From Rhodothermales bacterium (GTDB lineage: Bacteria > Bacteroidota > Rhodothermia > Rhodothermales > JANQRZ01): a stretch of DNA of 64,000 nt. Below the pieces are notes generated by a model. It worked only from the letters and a program-made list of their open reading frames with translations, made no database searches and had not been told where the DNA came from. The DNA lies in NCBI GenBank assembly GCA_028284265.1, contig JANQRZ010000015.1, forward strand, positions 16,808 to 80,807, given 5' to 3'. The position numbers and the translations under genes are program-made. Of the stretch, positions 1 to 9,883 are shown piece by piece. Within the stretch, counting starts at the first letter, position 1; the number at the start of each line of letters is the position of its first letter.

Positions 1-240
1 TGGGACGAGGCATGGGAAGATGCCGAGGAAGACCTAGTCGATGCGCTCGACGACATCCGCGATGAACTCGCTGACCTCGAAGAAGAGCTTGCTGAGGGGG
101 ACCTCCAGGGCGTGACCGAGCGCCAGTTGCGCGAGGCCAAGGCCGCTCTGCGCCAAGCCGAGCGCGACTTGGAGCGAGGCCTTCGTGACGCGCGCCACCA
201 TCGTCATGCTCTTGATGACGATTGCGAGGATGATCAATAG
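1..240 (+). CDS. 3' end of a gene starting upstream of the window; acidic, helical/coiled-coil-like C-terminus
   Basis: Frame +1 is open from base 1 to TAG at 238-240: WDEAWEDAEEDLVDALDDIRDELADLEEELAEGDLQGVTERQLREAKAALRQAERDLERGLRDARHHRHALDDDCEDDQ*. GC3-rich codon usage. Not in the ORF track because it has no start in the window. Confidence 0.7.
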   Translation, partial: WDEAWEDAEEDLVDALDDIRDELADLEEELAEGDLQGVTERQLREAKAALRQAERDLERGLRDARHHRHALDDDCEDDQ

Positions 241-343
241 GATCGTGCCGAGCAACGCCGATAGCTCTCCTACGTCTTACGGGCAGACGTCCTCTCTGGG
301 GCTTCCTGCAGTCTCGCCCTCCACCTGCACCCACATCTGACCG

Positions 344-2989
344 ATGACGTTGATTCTGACCTTCGCCGCTTTCTTTCTGACCGTCGGTACGGCGCTCCAA
401 GATGACGATGCGCCGCCGAGCGTCCGCGCCGTCCGCGTGGAGGCGGCGGCCAAACCCACACTTGACGGTCGGCTTGACGAGGCGGCGTGGGCCGGGGCCG
501 AAGTAGCGACTGGGTTCAAGCAGTTGCGACCGAACGCCGGGGAGCCTGCCACGCAGCGCACCGAGGCCTTCGTCCTCTACGACGAAGACGCACTGTGGGT
601 CGGCTTCCGATGTCACGATACCAACCCCGATGAGGTCATCGCGCAACTCGCCCGGCGGGACGACTGGAATATCAGCGACAAGGTCTTTGTCTCTCTCGAT
701 TCCTACGGCGATGGGCGGACGGCTTTCGGGTTCGGCGTCAACGCGGCGGGTGTGAAGTACGACATCCTCACCTACAACGACAACAACGAGGACATGAGTT
801 GGGATGCCGTATGGGACGTGGCAGTCGCCCGCACCGATGACGGCTGGACCGCCGAGTTTCGCATCCCGTTCTCCCAGCTTCGCTATCAGACCGGTGCAGC
901 CGCTAGGACGTGGGGTGTGCAGTTCCAGCGCGACATCGCTCGGACGGACGAAAAAACGTTCTGGGCACCCATCCTGCCAGAGGTCGATGGGTTCGTCTCG
1001 CGCTTTGGCACGCTCGAAGGACTCTCCGGCTTGTCTTCGCCGCGCCGCCTTGAAGTCCAGCCCTACCTCGCCAGCCGCCTCACGCGCGAGCCGGGTGATG
1101 CCGACAACCCGTTCTACAGCGAAAATGATTTCATCGGTTCGGTTGGGGCGGACGTCAAGTATGGCCTCACCAGCAACCTCACGCTGTCTGCCACCATCAA
1201 CCCGGACTTCGGACAGGTGGAGGCGGACCCGGCGGTGGTCAACTTGTCTCAGTTTGAGGTCTTCTTTCAGGAGCGTCGCCCGTTCTTTGTCGAGGGTGTG
1301 GATGTGTTCCAGTTTGGGCGCACGCGGGCCTTCAACGTGAACTTCCGTCCGACGTTTTTCTACTCGCGCCGGATCGGGCGACGCCCGCAGCGTGGCCTGA
1401 GCGGGGATGAATTTGTTTACACCGACTCGCCGGACCAGACAACGATTGCAACCGCTGCGAAGGTGAGTGGCAAAGTCGGCGACTGGTCCATCGGTGTGCT
1501 CGACGCGGTCACGATGGAAGAGCAGGCGCAGTATCTCGACCCAGACGGGCAGCGGCTCGAAACGCCCGTCGAGCCGCTGACGAACTATGCGGTCGGGCGT
1601 GTCAAGCGCGACTTTCGCGAGGGGCAAACCGTCATCGGCGGTCTGTTCACCGCGACCAACCGGAGTCAGAGCGAGCCGCTCTTCGCGGACATCACGCCGG
1701 ATAATGCCTACGTCGGTGGCCTCGACTTCGAGCACGCTTGGGGTAACCGCGCGTGGACCGTCAGTGGGGTTGTCGCTGGGAGTATCGTCAATGGTTCCGA
1801 AGGGGTGATTGATGATCTCCAGCGTGCGCCGCAACGCTACCTCCAGCGTCCCGATGCCAATCACCTCAGCATCGATGAGGGGGCGACGAACCTGAGCGGC
1901 GTCTATGGTGAGTTCTCCGTTGCCAAGACCAGCGGCAAACTCATCGGCTCGCTCACGGCGAACCACGTCAGTCCGGGCTTCGACGTGAACGACCTTGGCT
2001 TCCAGTTCCGCTCCGATGTCTATTCGCACTCCGGCATCGTGATCTACAACGAGAACGACCCCGGCTCGGACTTGCTACGGCGCTGGGGCGGTAACGTCAA
2101 CTGGAACGTGGCCCTCAACGGTGACGGGCAGACGATCAACCGGCGACTCAACTTCAACTCGAACGTTCAGTTCGCGAACCTCTGGGGAGCCGGTCTCTAC
2201 GTCGGCGGCAACATCGGCGAGACCTATAACGACCGCCTCACGCGCGGAGGCCCCGTTGCCACGAGGCCAGCCGACATCAGCACGAACCCGTGGTTTTATA
2301 CCGACAGTCGGAAGGCCGTCTCTGCCGAGGCCTATTCGTTCCTGCGCACAGAGTTCGTTGACAACCCCGAGTATGACCTCAGCCTCGGTGTGGACCTAAG
2401 CATTCGCCCCAGTTCCTCCCTTGAGTTCACCGTTAGTCCTGACTTCTCGACCGAGTTCGACACAGACCAGTACCTGACGGCGGTAGATGATGAGGCGGCC
2501 GAGGCGACATTCGGTACGCGCTACGTGTTCGGCGACATCGAGCAAACCTCATTCTCGCTCGGCCTCCGCGCTAACTGGACCTTCACGCCCGATCTCACGC
2601 TCCAACTCTTTGCCCGGCCTTTCATTACAGCGGGACGCTACTCGGGCTTCAAGCAACTCAGCGAACCCGGCACCTACGACTTCGATGTCTATGGCCGCGA
2701 TACGGGCACGCTCATTGAGCGCGAGGACGAGTTTGAGGTCATCCCCGGCGACGGAGGCGAGGTATTCTCGTTCGACAAGCCGGACTTCAACTTCCGGTCG
2801 CTGCGTGGCAGCGCCGTCGTGCGTTGGGAGTACCGCCCCGGCTCAGCGATCTTCTTCGTCTGGCAGCAGCAGCGCGATGGCTTTGAGCCATTCGGCGACT
2901 TTGATCTCGACCGCGACTTTGGGGCCATCTTCCGCGAGGATGTGCAGAACATCTTCCTGGTCAAGGCGACGTACTGGCTGGGTATCTAG
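344..2989 (+). CDS. DUF5916 family protein with N-terminal CBM9/DOMON-like domain, probably outer membrane
   Basis: Signal peptide; PTLDGRLDEAAW and WTAEFRIPFSQLRY (CBM9-like); ATINPDFGQVEADP..NLSQFEVFFQERRPFF and FYSRRIG (DUF5916); barrel-like C-terminus LVKATYW. Confidence 0.85.
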   Translation: MTLILTFAAFFLTVGTALQDDDAPPSVRAVRVEAAAKPTLDGRLDEAAWAGAEVATGFKQLRPNAGEPATQRTEAFVLYDEDALWVGFRCHDTNPDEVIAQLARRDDWNISDKVFVSLDSYGDGRTAFGFGVNAAGVKYDILTYNDNNEDMSWDAVWDVAVARTDDGWTAEFRIPFSQLRYQTGAAARTWGVQFQRDIARTDEKTFWAPILPEVDGFVSRFGTLEGLSGLSSPRRLEVQPYLASRLTREPGDADNPFYSENDFIGSVGADVKYGLTSNLTLSATINPDFGQVEADPAVVNLSQFEVFFQERRPFFVEGVDVFQFGRTRAFNVNFRPTFFYSRRIGRRPQRGLSGDEFVYTDSPDQTTIATAAKVSGKVGDWSIGVLDAVTMEEQAQYLDPDGQRLETPVEPLTNYAVGRVKRDFREGQTVIGGLFTATNRSQSEPLFADITPDNAYVGGLDFEHAWGNRAWTVSGVVAGSIVNGSEGVIDDLQRAPQRYLQRPDANHLSIDEGATNLSGVYGEFSVAKTSGKLIGSLTANHVSPGFDVNDLGFQFRSDVYSHSGIVIYNENDPGSDLLRRWGGNVNWNVALNGDGQTINRRLNFNSNVQFANLWGAGLYVGGNIGETYNDRLTRGGPVATRPADISTNPWFYTDSRKAVSAEAYSFLRTEFVDNPEYDLSLGVDLSIRPSSSLEFTVSPDFSTEFDTDQYLTAVDDEAAEATFGTRYVFGDIEQTSFSLGLRANWTFTPDLTLQLFARPFITAGRYSGFKQLSEPGTYDFDVYGRDTGTLIEREDEFEVIPGDGGEVFSFDKPDFNFRSLRGSAVVRWEYRPGSAIFFVWQQQRDGFEPFGDFDLDRDFGAIFREDVQNIFLVKATYWLGI

Positions 2990-3013
2990 CGAGTCAGTCG
3001 CTAGCTCATAAAC

Positions 3014-3046
3014 AAAGCCGGGGTGACCAACTGGTCGCCCCGGCTT
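3014..3046. terminator. Probable bidirectional intrinsic terminator between convergent genes
   Basis: AAAGCCGGGGTGACC-aact-GGTCGCCCCGGCTTT hairpin flanked by A and T runs. Confidence 0.75.
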
Positions 3047-3083
3047 TTAGTTTGTCATTCTGACTGGTCAGGCTGCTGTCCGG

Positions 3084-4247
3084 TCAGGCTGCCGTCGTAG
3101 CCGGTGTGGCAGGCGGTACATCCGCCGACTCCCCGACGGGCTGCCGCTCGAGCCAGAACACTAGAATGTCATCGGAAAAACGAGGCTCGGCGCTCCGGCG
3201 GAGCAGGGTCTTGAGCAAAGCCTGAACGGGCTGGTCGGTGCTGAGGGCCTCGGTTGCCGACGCGGCCACGCCCTTTTCTCCAAACTGCTCACCGTTCTCA
3301 GCTACCTGCTCGATCAGGCCGTCTGTGTAGGTGATGAGCGCACTGCCGGGCGGCAGCTGGAAGCTCCGGTCGGTGTACTCTTCTTGCTTGTCGAGTCCGA
3401 GGATGAGTTCCGAGTGCTCGACGATGCCAGAGCGGTCCGGAGTCACGAAGATGGGGCGGCAGTGTCCGGCGTTCGCGTAGGTAATCGTATTCGTCTCGGT
3501 GTCCCACCGCATGATGAGAAGCGAAGCGAACGTCTCTTCCAGCAACTCGTCGCGGACCAGCATCTCATTGACGCGGTGCATGAGCTTCGCTGGCGAATCG
3601 GTCTGCTCCAGCATCGCATGGATGGTGGAGCGGATATAGGATAGGAACGAGAAAGCGTAGAACTTGGCCTGGAGGCCCTTGCCCATGATGTCGCCGACCG
3701 TGAAGAGGTAGGAGCCGGGGCGCACCTCGGTCCAGTCAAACAAGTCGCCGCCGCCGTCGCCGAATGGCTTGTTGTAGAAGAAGGTGCGATACCCCGGCAC
3801 TTGGGGCATCGACTTGGGCAACAGGCGATCCGAGAAGTCACGCCCGATCCGGGCGCTGAGTTGTTGTTGGTGAACTTCGATCCGTTCGAGGATGCGCTCG
3901 ATACGCGTCAGCAGAAACTCGATGTCGAACGGCTTGGTGATGTAATCGTCAACGCCTTCGCCGAGACCCTTGAACCGGCTCGTGTCGTCGGTTTTGGCGG
4001 TGAGGAAGATGAACGGGATCGTCCGCGTGCGCTCGCCCTGCCGGAGGAGGGAGAAGAGCGCAAACCCATCCATCTTGGGCATCATGATGTCTGAGACGAT
4101 GAGGTCCGGGATGGACTCCTCGACAAGCACGAGCGCTTCCTCGCCATTCTGGGCGGAGCGCACCTCGTAGACTTTACCGAGGCGGTATTCGAGGAGACGC
4201 CGGAGCGTCTGGTTGTCCTCGACGATTAGGAGGGAGTGTCGAGACAT
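3084..4247 (-). CDS. Response regulator receiver fused to SpoIIE/PP2C phosphatase (RsbU/RsbY-like)
   Basis: REC motifs LIVEDN, SDIMMPKMDG, FLTAK, KPF; PP2C motifs GGDLFD, GDIMGKG, NAGH, YTDGL, DDI. Confidence 0.9.
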   Translation of the reverse strand: MSRHSLLIVEDNQTLRRLLEYRLGKVYEVRSAQNGEEALVLVEESIPDLIVSDIMMPKMDGFALFSLLRQGERTRTIPFIFLTAKTDDTSRFKGLGEGVDDYITKPFDIEFLLTRIERILERIEVHQQQLSARIGRDFSDRLLPKSMPQVPGYRTFFYNKPFGDGGGDLFDWTEVRPGSYLFTVGDIMGKGLQAKFYAFSFLSYIRSTIHAMLEQTDSPAKLMHRVNEMLVRDELLEETFASLLIMRWDTETNTITYANAGHCRPIFVTPDRSGIVEHSELILGLDKQEEYTDRSFQLPPGSALITYTDGLIEQVAENGEQFGEKGVAASATEALSTDQPVQALLKTLLRRSAEPRFSDDILVFWLERQPVGESADVPPATPATTAA

Positions 4248-4753
4248 GGCGTTGGGGTAGCGGAGATCCAAAATTCGAGTCGCTGCCGAGGCTCACTGGC
4301 GGCAGCGGGGAGGGGAAAGTAGCGCAGGTTGTCGGTGCCGTTGAGCATGATTAGCAAACCCCGGCCGCGCTCTGCCATCATCTCATCTGCGAGCTTGGCG
4401 CGTTGCGTGGTGAGCTGTTGCCCGAAGTCGAAACCGTTGGAGTTGTCCTCAATGATGCAGTGGACATCCTGCTCGTCAAGAGCGAGCGTGAGATCAATGA
4501 GGGGCGTGCGATTCTCAAAGTCCGCATGCTGGACTAGGTTGGCGATCCACTCATGGATTACCAGCTTCATCCGGTGCAGACGGATATCCTCAGTTGCTAG
4601 GGGGAGCGCCGCGTCGTGGCTCCACGCTTCAAGCAGGGGATGTACCTCGGCAATGATGGTGTCGAGGTTACTGAACCGGGACTGCACGCACGTCATGATA
4701 GGGAGCGAGCCGGGTGGTGGACCGGGTAGTAGAGCTGAGGGCGTGTTGCTCAC
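4226..4753 (-). CDS. Anti-sigma factor-type ATP-binding protein / Ser kinase (RsbW-like, HATPase_c_2)
   Basis: HEWIANLVQHA (N box), IEDNSNGFD (degenerate G1), ERGRGLLIM (G2); lies between STAS and PP2C genes. Confidence 0.75.
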   Translation of the reverse strand: MSNTPSALLPGPPPGSLPIMTCVQSRFSNLDTIIAEVHPLLEAWSHDAALPLATEDIRLHRMKLVIHEWIANLVQHADFENRTPLIDLTLALDEQDVHCIIEDNSNGFDFGQQLTTQRAKLADEMMAERGRGLLIMLNGTDNLRYFPLPAAASEPRQRLEFWISATPTPCLDTPS

Positions 4754-5124
4754 GCGGCACCAGCTCGGCTGCCACTGGCTGTGCGTCCCTGAAGCTGTTC
4801 GTGCGCGGCCTCGACGGTTGGGTACTGGCGGAAGACTTTATACGTTCGTGTAAGTTGCACGACCACTTGCACCGGGCGGCTCACGGCGGCGAACACGACC
4901 TGACCACCAAGCGGCGTCAACTGCCGGTAGAGCGAGAAAATGGCACCCAATCCGGTGGAGTCCAGAATACCCGTTCCGGAGAAATCGAGAACGAAATTCC
5001 GGGTGCCCTCTTGGATGTGGTCCTGACAGGCCGACTTGAATTCGGCCGCGTTGCGGAAATCGAGTGCCTTTCCGATGCGGACGACGGCGGTGTCGGGGGC
5101 GATGCTCTGGAAGGAAAAGCTCAT
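4750..5124 (-). CDS. STAS domain anti-sigma factor antagonist (RsbV-like)
   Basis: ATG at 5124; LDFRNAAEFK, VLDFSGTGILDSTGLGAI with conserved phospho-acceptor Ser. Confidence 0.88.
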   Translation of the reverse strand: MSFSFQSIAPDTAVVRIGKALDFRNAAEFKSACQDHIQEGTRNFVLDFSGTGILDSTGLGAIFSLYRQLTPLGGQVVFAAVSRPVQVVVQLTRTYKVFRQYPTVEAAHEQLQGRTASGSRAGAA

Positions 5125-5448
5125 GGGGGTTCTGGCAGGTGAAATCAAGGGTAGGGTTCGGACCGGGGGTACGGTGCGCCCGCGTTTGCCGTCTAATATC
5201 GTACCAGACAAGGCGATGGGGTTGGCGAGGCGTTGCGTGCGTGCGACAAAATACAGCGGCAAAGGCGAGGTGCCTGACGCCGTGTGAAGCCTCCTGTGGC
5301 TCCTATGCCTGAAAACGAAGGCATAGTTCCGATGAGGCCGCAGTGACACGAGGGTGCCCAATATGAGGCAACGCGAGGGTATCCTCGTAACACGATTCGT
5401 TCCTTTTGAAACGTTCGGAAGAGGGCTGCTGGAGGGCTACAGCGTATT

Positions 5449-6057
5449 TTGTCTTCGCCGCCATTTCTGTGCTCGTGTCCCTTGCTCGTGTTCTCTTTCG
5501 TTCGCGCCTCGTTGATTATGCTGGTCGCTGTGTGTCTGCTTGCAGGCTGCGTCCGGCGAGCTGATACGATTCCATCCGATGCACTGCTCGAAGAGACGCC
5601 CACCCAAGAGACGTGGGACGTGACTCTCGCCCTTGGGATGGGGGACCGGCCGCGTGCACTCGTCCGCGCGCCCTACCTCGCCCGCTTTGAGCGCGCCGAC
5701 AGCACCTTCGCACGGTTCGGCCCAGCGATGCCGGAGGACACAACGCGCGTCGAAGTAGGCGTCTTCGATGAGGACGGTACCCTCAGCGCAACCGTCGTCT
5801 CTGACCGGCTGCTCTACTTCGACAAAGAGCGGCGCTTCGTGGCTGAGGGGCGCGTGGTGGTTCAGACGGAGACAGGCAAGACGCTTCGCAGCGAGCAGCT
5901 TACATGGGATGAGGCCGGACGTAGCCTTCGCACCGATGGCTTCGTGCAGATCACAACGCCCGATGAGAACTTGCAGGGCTACCGGCTCGTCTCGGACGAG
6001 AACCTAGAGACCTACACTCTCGCCCAAATCACGGGGCAGGTGACGGTGGAGGAGTGA
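5449..6057 (+). CDS. lptC: LPS export periplasmic protein LptC (start uncertain)
   Basis: Lipobox LAGC; GRVVV..GKTLRSEQLTWDE..TDGFVQITTP typical of Bacteroidetes LptC; upstream of OstA and lptB. Confidence 0.8.
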   Translation: MSSPPFLCSCPLLVFSFVRASLIMLVAVCLLAGCVRRADTIPSDALLEETPTQETWDVTLALGMGDRPRALVRAPYLARFERADSTFARFGPAMPEDTTRVEVGVFDEDGTLSATVVSDRLLYFDKERRFVAEGRVVVQTETGKTLRSEQLTWDEAGRSLRTDGFVQITTPDENLQGYRLVSDENLETYTLAQITGQVTVEE

Positions 6058-6059
6058 GA

Positions 6060-7799
6060 ATGTCACTGAGCGATGGGGCGATGGGGCGATTGGGCGATTG
6101 GAGCGGAGAACTGGGGGGCTTGCTCCTCGGGTTGCTAGTTGCAATGCTGTGCAGCCCGGTCCTCGCGCAGGATACCGAGGCACGCATCGTTACGATTGTC
6201 AACGCCGACTCTGTGTCGGGGTCCATGGTGGACGGGGAGCGGATTCGCACACTCATTGGGAATGTGCATCTTATTCAGGACTCGACTGACCTCCGGGCGA
6301 GGCAGGCAACGCAGTTCCTCGACCGTGAGGAAATTCTCTTCGAGGGCGAGGTCGAGATCGCGGACGGCGTGGACACACTCAATGCTCGGACCGTGACCTA
6401 CGGCAGCCGGACCCGCATCGGTCGGGCCGAGGGCGACGTGCGGCTCGCCGACGATGAGGCTGAGTTGTTCTCGAACTCCGTCACCCATTACCGCTCCGAG
6501 GGACGCGCCGAGTTTGCCGAGCCAGTTCGCCTCGTGGAACGTGAAGGCACAGCGGTCCTGACGAGCGAGCGAGGTCGCTACCTCACGGACACCAAGGAGG
6601 CCTTCTTTCGGGACAATGTCCGGCTAGTGGACAGCCTCACGGTGCTCACGAGCGAGCAGGGGCGCTACGGCACTGAAGACAAGCGCGCTGACTTCTCTGG
6701 CAACGTCCGCCTTCAACACAAGCAAAGCACCCGCCTCGAAGCCGACTCGCTCACCCACTTCCGCGAGACCGAAGTCTCAACCGCTCGCGGCGATGTACTC
6801 GTCGAGCGCTTCGGTGGACGCGACGGTGACGAGACCGAGCCGGATACGACACGCCGGACCCTGCTCTTCGGAGGGCATGCTTTTCATGATGAGCGCGCTC
6901 GCTTCAGCCGCGTCGAGATCGACCCGCTGCTCATTCGTTTTCAGAGCGACTCTACGGAAACCGACACGCTCCTCGTCCGCGCCGAGATTCTCGAAGCCTC
7001 GCAGCCTGATTCGGTGGGCGGACGACCACCGCCGCCGGGCGGGGCATTTCAGCGCCTCGTCGCCCGGCGCGACGTGCGACTCTACGGGAACCAACTCGCT
7101 GCCATCGCTGACTCTGCTGTCTTCAACCGGGTCGAGTTTGAGGCCGACTCAACATTGGCGGACTCGCTGGCCCAACCGACGGAGGATGAGGTTTGGCTCT
7201 TCCGCGACCCTGTCGGGTGGATGAACGCGCGCGGCTCGGCGCTCATCACCGAAGTTTCTGGCGACTCGATCCGCGTCACGGCGCGAGGCGAAGCCGTGGA
7301 TTCGATCCGCGTCGTCGGGCGGGCGTTTGCGGCGCGGCCCGACAGCCTGCTCGGGCGGATCAACCAGATGCGCGGTCGGCAGATGCTGGCGCTCTTCGAC
7401 GCCGACAGCCTCCGCTGGATGAAGGTCTGGCCCAACGCCGAAGCTGCCTTCTTCCGTGCCGATAGCGTGGGCGTGCTTGAAGGAGCCGTCCAGCTTTCCG
7501 CCGACAGCCTCGCCTTCCGCTTCGACGGCGACACGCTCCGCCGGGTGCAGGGCGTGCGCGGCATCGAAGGAACCTACTACGACGTGGGCCTCGTACCGAA
7601 CCCGCTTCGCCTCGACGGATTTCGCTACGCGCCGGAGCGTCGCCCCACCCGTGCCTCGCTCCTCGCCGATGATCCGCTGGAGCGCAACCGGGCGCGGCCC
7701 AATCCGCCGTCGGAACCCGCCGATGCACCGAAGCCTATCGTTATCCCAGCGGAGCCACTCCGCGACATCATTCAAGACGAGCAGGCACAGGAGCGCTAG
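6060..7799 (+). CDS. lptA: OstA-like / LptA family protein with repeated beta-jellyroll units
   Basis: NADSVSG..LIGNVHLIQD and repeated GxV-L units; position between lptC and lptB. Confidence 0.75.
   Translation: MSLSDGAMGRLGDWSGELGGLLLGLLVAMLCSPVLAQDTEARIVTIVNADSVSGSMVDGERIRTLIGNVHLIQDSTDLRARQATQFLDREEILFEGEVEIADGVDTLNARTVTYGSRTRIGRAEGDVRLADDEAELFSNSVTHYRSEGRAEFAEPVRLVEREGTAVLTSERGRYLTDTKEAFFRDNVRLVDSLTVLTSEQGRYGTEDKRADFSGNVRLQHKQSTRLEADSLTHFRETEVSTARGDVLVERFGGRDGDETEPDTTRRTLLFGGHAFHDERARFSRVEIDPLLIRFQSDSTETDTLLVRAEILEASQPDSVGGRPPPPGGAFQRLVARRDVRLYGNQLAAIADSAVFNRVEFEADSTLADSLAQPTEDEVWLFRDPVGWMNARGSALITEVSGDSIRVTARGEAVDSIRVVGRAFAARPDSLLGRINQMRGRQMLALFDADSLRWMKVWPNAEAAFFRADSVGVLEGAVQLSADSLAFRFDGDTLRRVQGVRGIEGTYYDVGLVPNPLRLDGFRYAPERRPTRASLLADDPLERNRARPNPPSEPADAPKPIVIPAEPLRDIIQDEQAQER
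6070..6101 (+). repeat. Four tandem 8-mers GCGATKGG
   Basis: gcgatggg gcgatggg gcgattgg gcgattgg. Confidence 0.8.
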
Positions 7800-7836
7800 C
7801 GAGGCGTAGACTCCGCTCGTCATCCAACCCGGCACC

Positions 7837-8604
7837 GTGGAATCACCCCAACCCGATACTCCACTCATTCTTCGCGCCGAGGGCCTCACCAAGCGCTACC
7901 GCAAACGCACCGTCGTGGACGGCGTGGGGCTGACCGTGAAACAGGGCGAAGTTGTCGGGCTGCTCGGGCCAAATGGGGCGGGGAAGACGACGACGTTTTA
8001 CATGGTGGTCGGGATGGTGCGGCCGGACGGCGGGCAGGTCTGGCTCGGCGAGGAGGACATCACGCGACTTCCGATGTACCGTCGTGCTCGGCGCGGCATC
8101 GGATACCTCGCCCAAGAGGAGAGCATCTTCCGCAACCTCACCGTCGAGGAAAACCTCCACGCCGTGCTCGAATTCCAGCCGATCCCGAAGGAAGAGCGCG
8201 AGGCCCGCGTCGAAGAACTGATCGGTGAATTCGGGCTAGGCCGGGTGCGCGACTCGAAGGGGTACGTCCTCTCCGGTGGCGAGCGGCGGCGTACCGAGAT
8301 CGCCCGTGCCCTCGCCACGCGCCCCAAGTTCATCCTCCTCGACGAACCCTTCGCCGGGATCGACCCGATTGCCGTCGAGGACATCCAGCACGTCGTCGCC
8401 GGGTTGCAGGGGCGGGGGATCGGCGTCCTCATCACGGATCACAATGTCCACGAGACCCTCGCTATTACGGACCGCGCCTACTTGCTCTACGAAGGGCACA
8501 TCTTCCAGCAAGGCACCGCCGAAGAACTGGCTGAAGACGAAGAGGTGCGCCGCCGCTACTTGGGCGAGCAGTTCACACTGGAGCGGTACCAGCGCCGCGA
8601 CTAG
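7837..8604 (+). CDS. lptB: LPS export ABC transporter ATP-binding protein
   Basis: [55 protein letters not shown]. Confidence 0.95.
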   Translation: MESPQPDTPLILRAEGLTKRYRKRTVVDGVGLTVKQGEVVGLLGPNGAGKTTTFYMVVGMVRPDGGQVWLGEEDITRLPMYRRARRGIGYLAQEESIFRNLTVEENLHAVLEFQPIPKEEREARVEELIGEFGLGRVRDSKGYVLSGGERRRTEIARALATRPKFILLDEPFAGIDPIAVEDIQHVVAGLQGRGIGVLITDHNVHETLAITDRAYLLYEGHIFQQGTAEELAEDEEVRRRYLGEQFTLERYQRRD

Positions 8605-8612
8605 CCGCTGCG

Positions 8613-9221
8613 TCACCCGAACGCTGCTTGGAATCCGTTGACGAGCATCTGCACGGCGATCATGATGAGCAGCATCCCCATTAGTCGCTCCAACGCCGAA
8701 AGGCCGCGCTGCTTGAGCAGTCGGTAGAGCAGCGGGGCCGCCGAGAGCACGGCTGCGGATGCCGCCCACGCGATGAGGAGTGCGAGCGTCCACTTACCCA
8801 TCGCGTCCGGCTCGCTGCGGACCATCAGGATGAGGGTGGCGAGCGCCGACGGTCCGGCAACGAGCGGAATTGCTAGCGGGACGATGAACGGCTCGCCATC
8901 GCCCGTGTCGCCCATCACGCCCTCGTGGGTCGGGAAGATCATCCGCAGCCCGATGATCATGAGCACGATGCCGCCTGCAATCGTGACCGATTCCTGCTCG
9001 AGCGCGAGGAGGTTCAGGAGGGCTTGGCCGCAGAACAGAAACGTCAGCAGGATCGCCAGTGCGATCAGAAGTTCGCGGACGATGATGAACCGCCGCCGCT
9101 TCGGGTCTAGGTCCTTGAGCAGCGAGAGGAACAGCGGGGCATTGCCCAGCGGGTCCATCACGAAGAAGAGGACGATGGCGGCAGAGAGGGCGGACGTTCC
9201 TGGCTCGAACACGGGCGTCAC
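8613..9221 (-). CDS. MarC family membrane protein (YhgN-like)
   Basis: MDPLGNAPLF, IAGGIVL, VPLAIPLVAGPS, ERLMGMLL. Confidence 0.92.
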   Translation of the reverse strand: MTPVFEPGTSALSAAIVLFFVMDPLGNAPLFLSLLKDLDPKRRRFIIVRELLIALAILLTFLFCGQALLNLLALEQESVTIAGGIVLMIIGLRMIFPTHEGVMGDTGDGEPFIVPLAIPLVAGPSALATLILMVRSEPDAMGKWTLALLIAWAASAAVLSAAPLLYRLLKQRGLSALERLMGMLLIMIAVQMLVNGFQAAFG

Positions 9222-9275
9222 AGGTAGGGAAAGAGAGCCGCAAGATAAACGCCCCGCGAACGCTATTTTGCGGGT

Positions 9276-9848
9276 ATGAACACCAACCCCGATCCTTTCG
9301 ACGAAGCGCTACCTACTCTCGATACCGAGCGCCTCCGTCTCCGGCATCCGCGCCCGACGGACGCTGATGCCGTGCTCGCGATCTTCGGCAATGCGGAGGC
9401 GACGCGCTACTGGAGCCATGAGCCACTGCCCACCCTCGATGGAGCACGGACCTACCTCGCTGGCATCGACACCGGCTTTGCCGAGCGCGACTTCTTCCAG
9501 TGGGCTATCACCGAGCAGGAGGAGGACGGGCTGATTGGGACGGTCACGCTCGCGGACTGGAGCAAGCAGAATCGCCGCGCCGAGATCGGGTTTATGCTGC
9601 ATCCGTTGCACTGGGGGAAAGGCTACGCGGGAGAGGCCGTCTGCGCCGTGCTCGCTTTTGCTTTCGGGCCGTTCGACCTTCACCGTATCGAGGCCGACGT
9701 GGACCCGCGCAACGCTGCGTCGGTGCGTCTGCTTGAGCGTCTCGGCTTCCAGTACGAGGGTAGGTTGCGTGACCGCTGGTTCACTTACGGCGAGTGGAGC
9801 GACAGCCTGCTCTACGGGCTGCTCCGCGCGGACTTCGATGCGGCGTAG
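9276..9848 (+). CDS. GNAT N-acetyltransferase, RimJ/RimL family
   Basis: [43 protein letters not shown]. Confidence 0.9.
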   Translation: MNTNPDPFDEALPTLDTERLRLRHPRPTDADAVLAIFGNAEATRYWSHEPLPTLDGARTYLAGIDTGFAERDFFQWAITEQEEDGLIGTVTLADWSKQNRRAEIGFMLHPLHWGKGYAGEAVCAVLAFAFGPFDLHRIEADVDPRNAASVRLLERLGFQYEGRLRDRWFTYGEWSDSLLYGLLRADFDAA

Positions 9849-9883
9849 CTTGTGTTCCCTACTCACCGAGTGCTGTTATTGCA

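Noticed and set aside
34-255. 73-aa minus-strand ORF
   Set aside because: Antisense shadow of the plus-strand gene end at 1-240, which has better codon usage.
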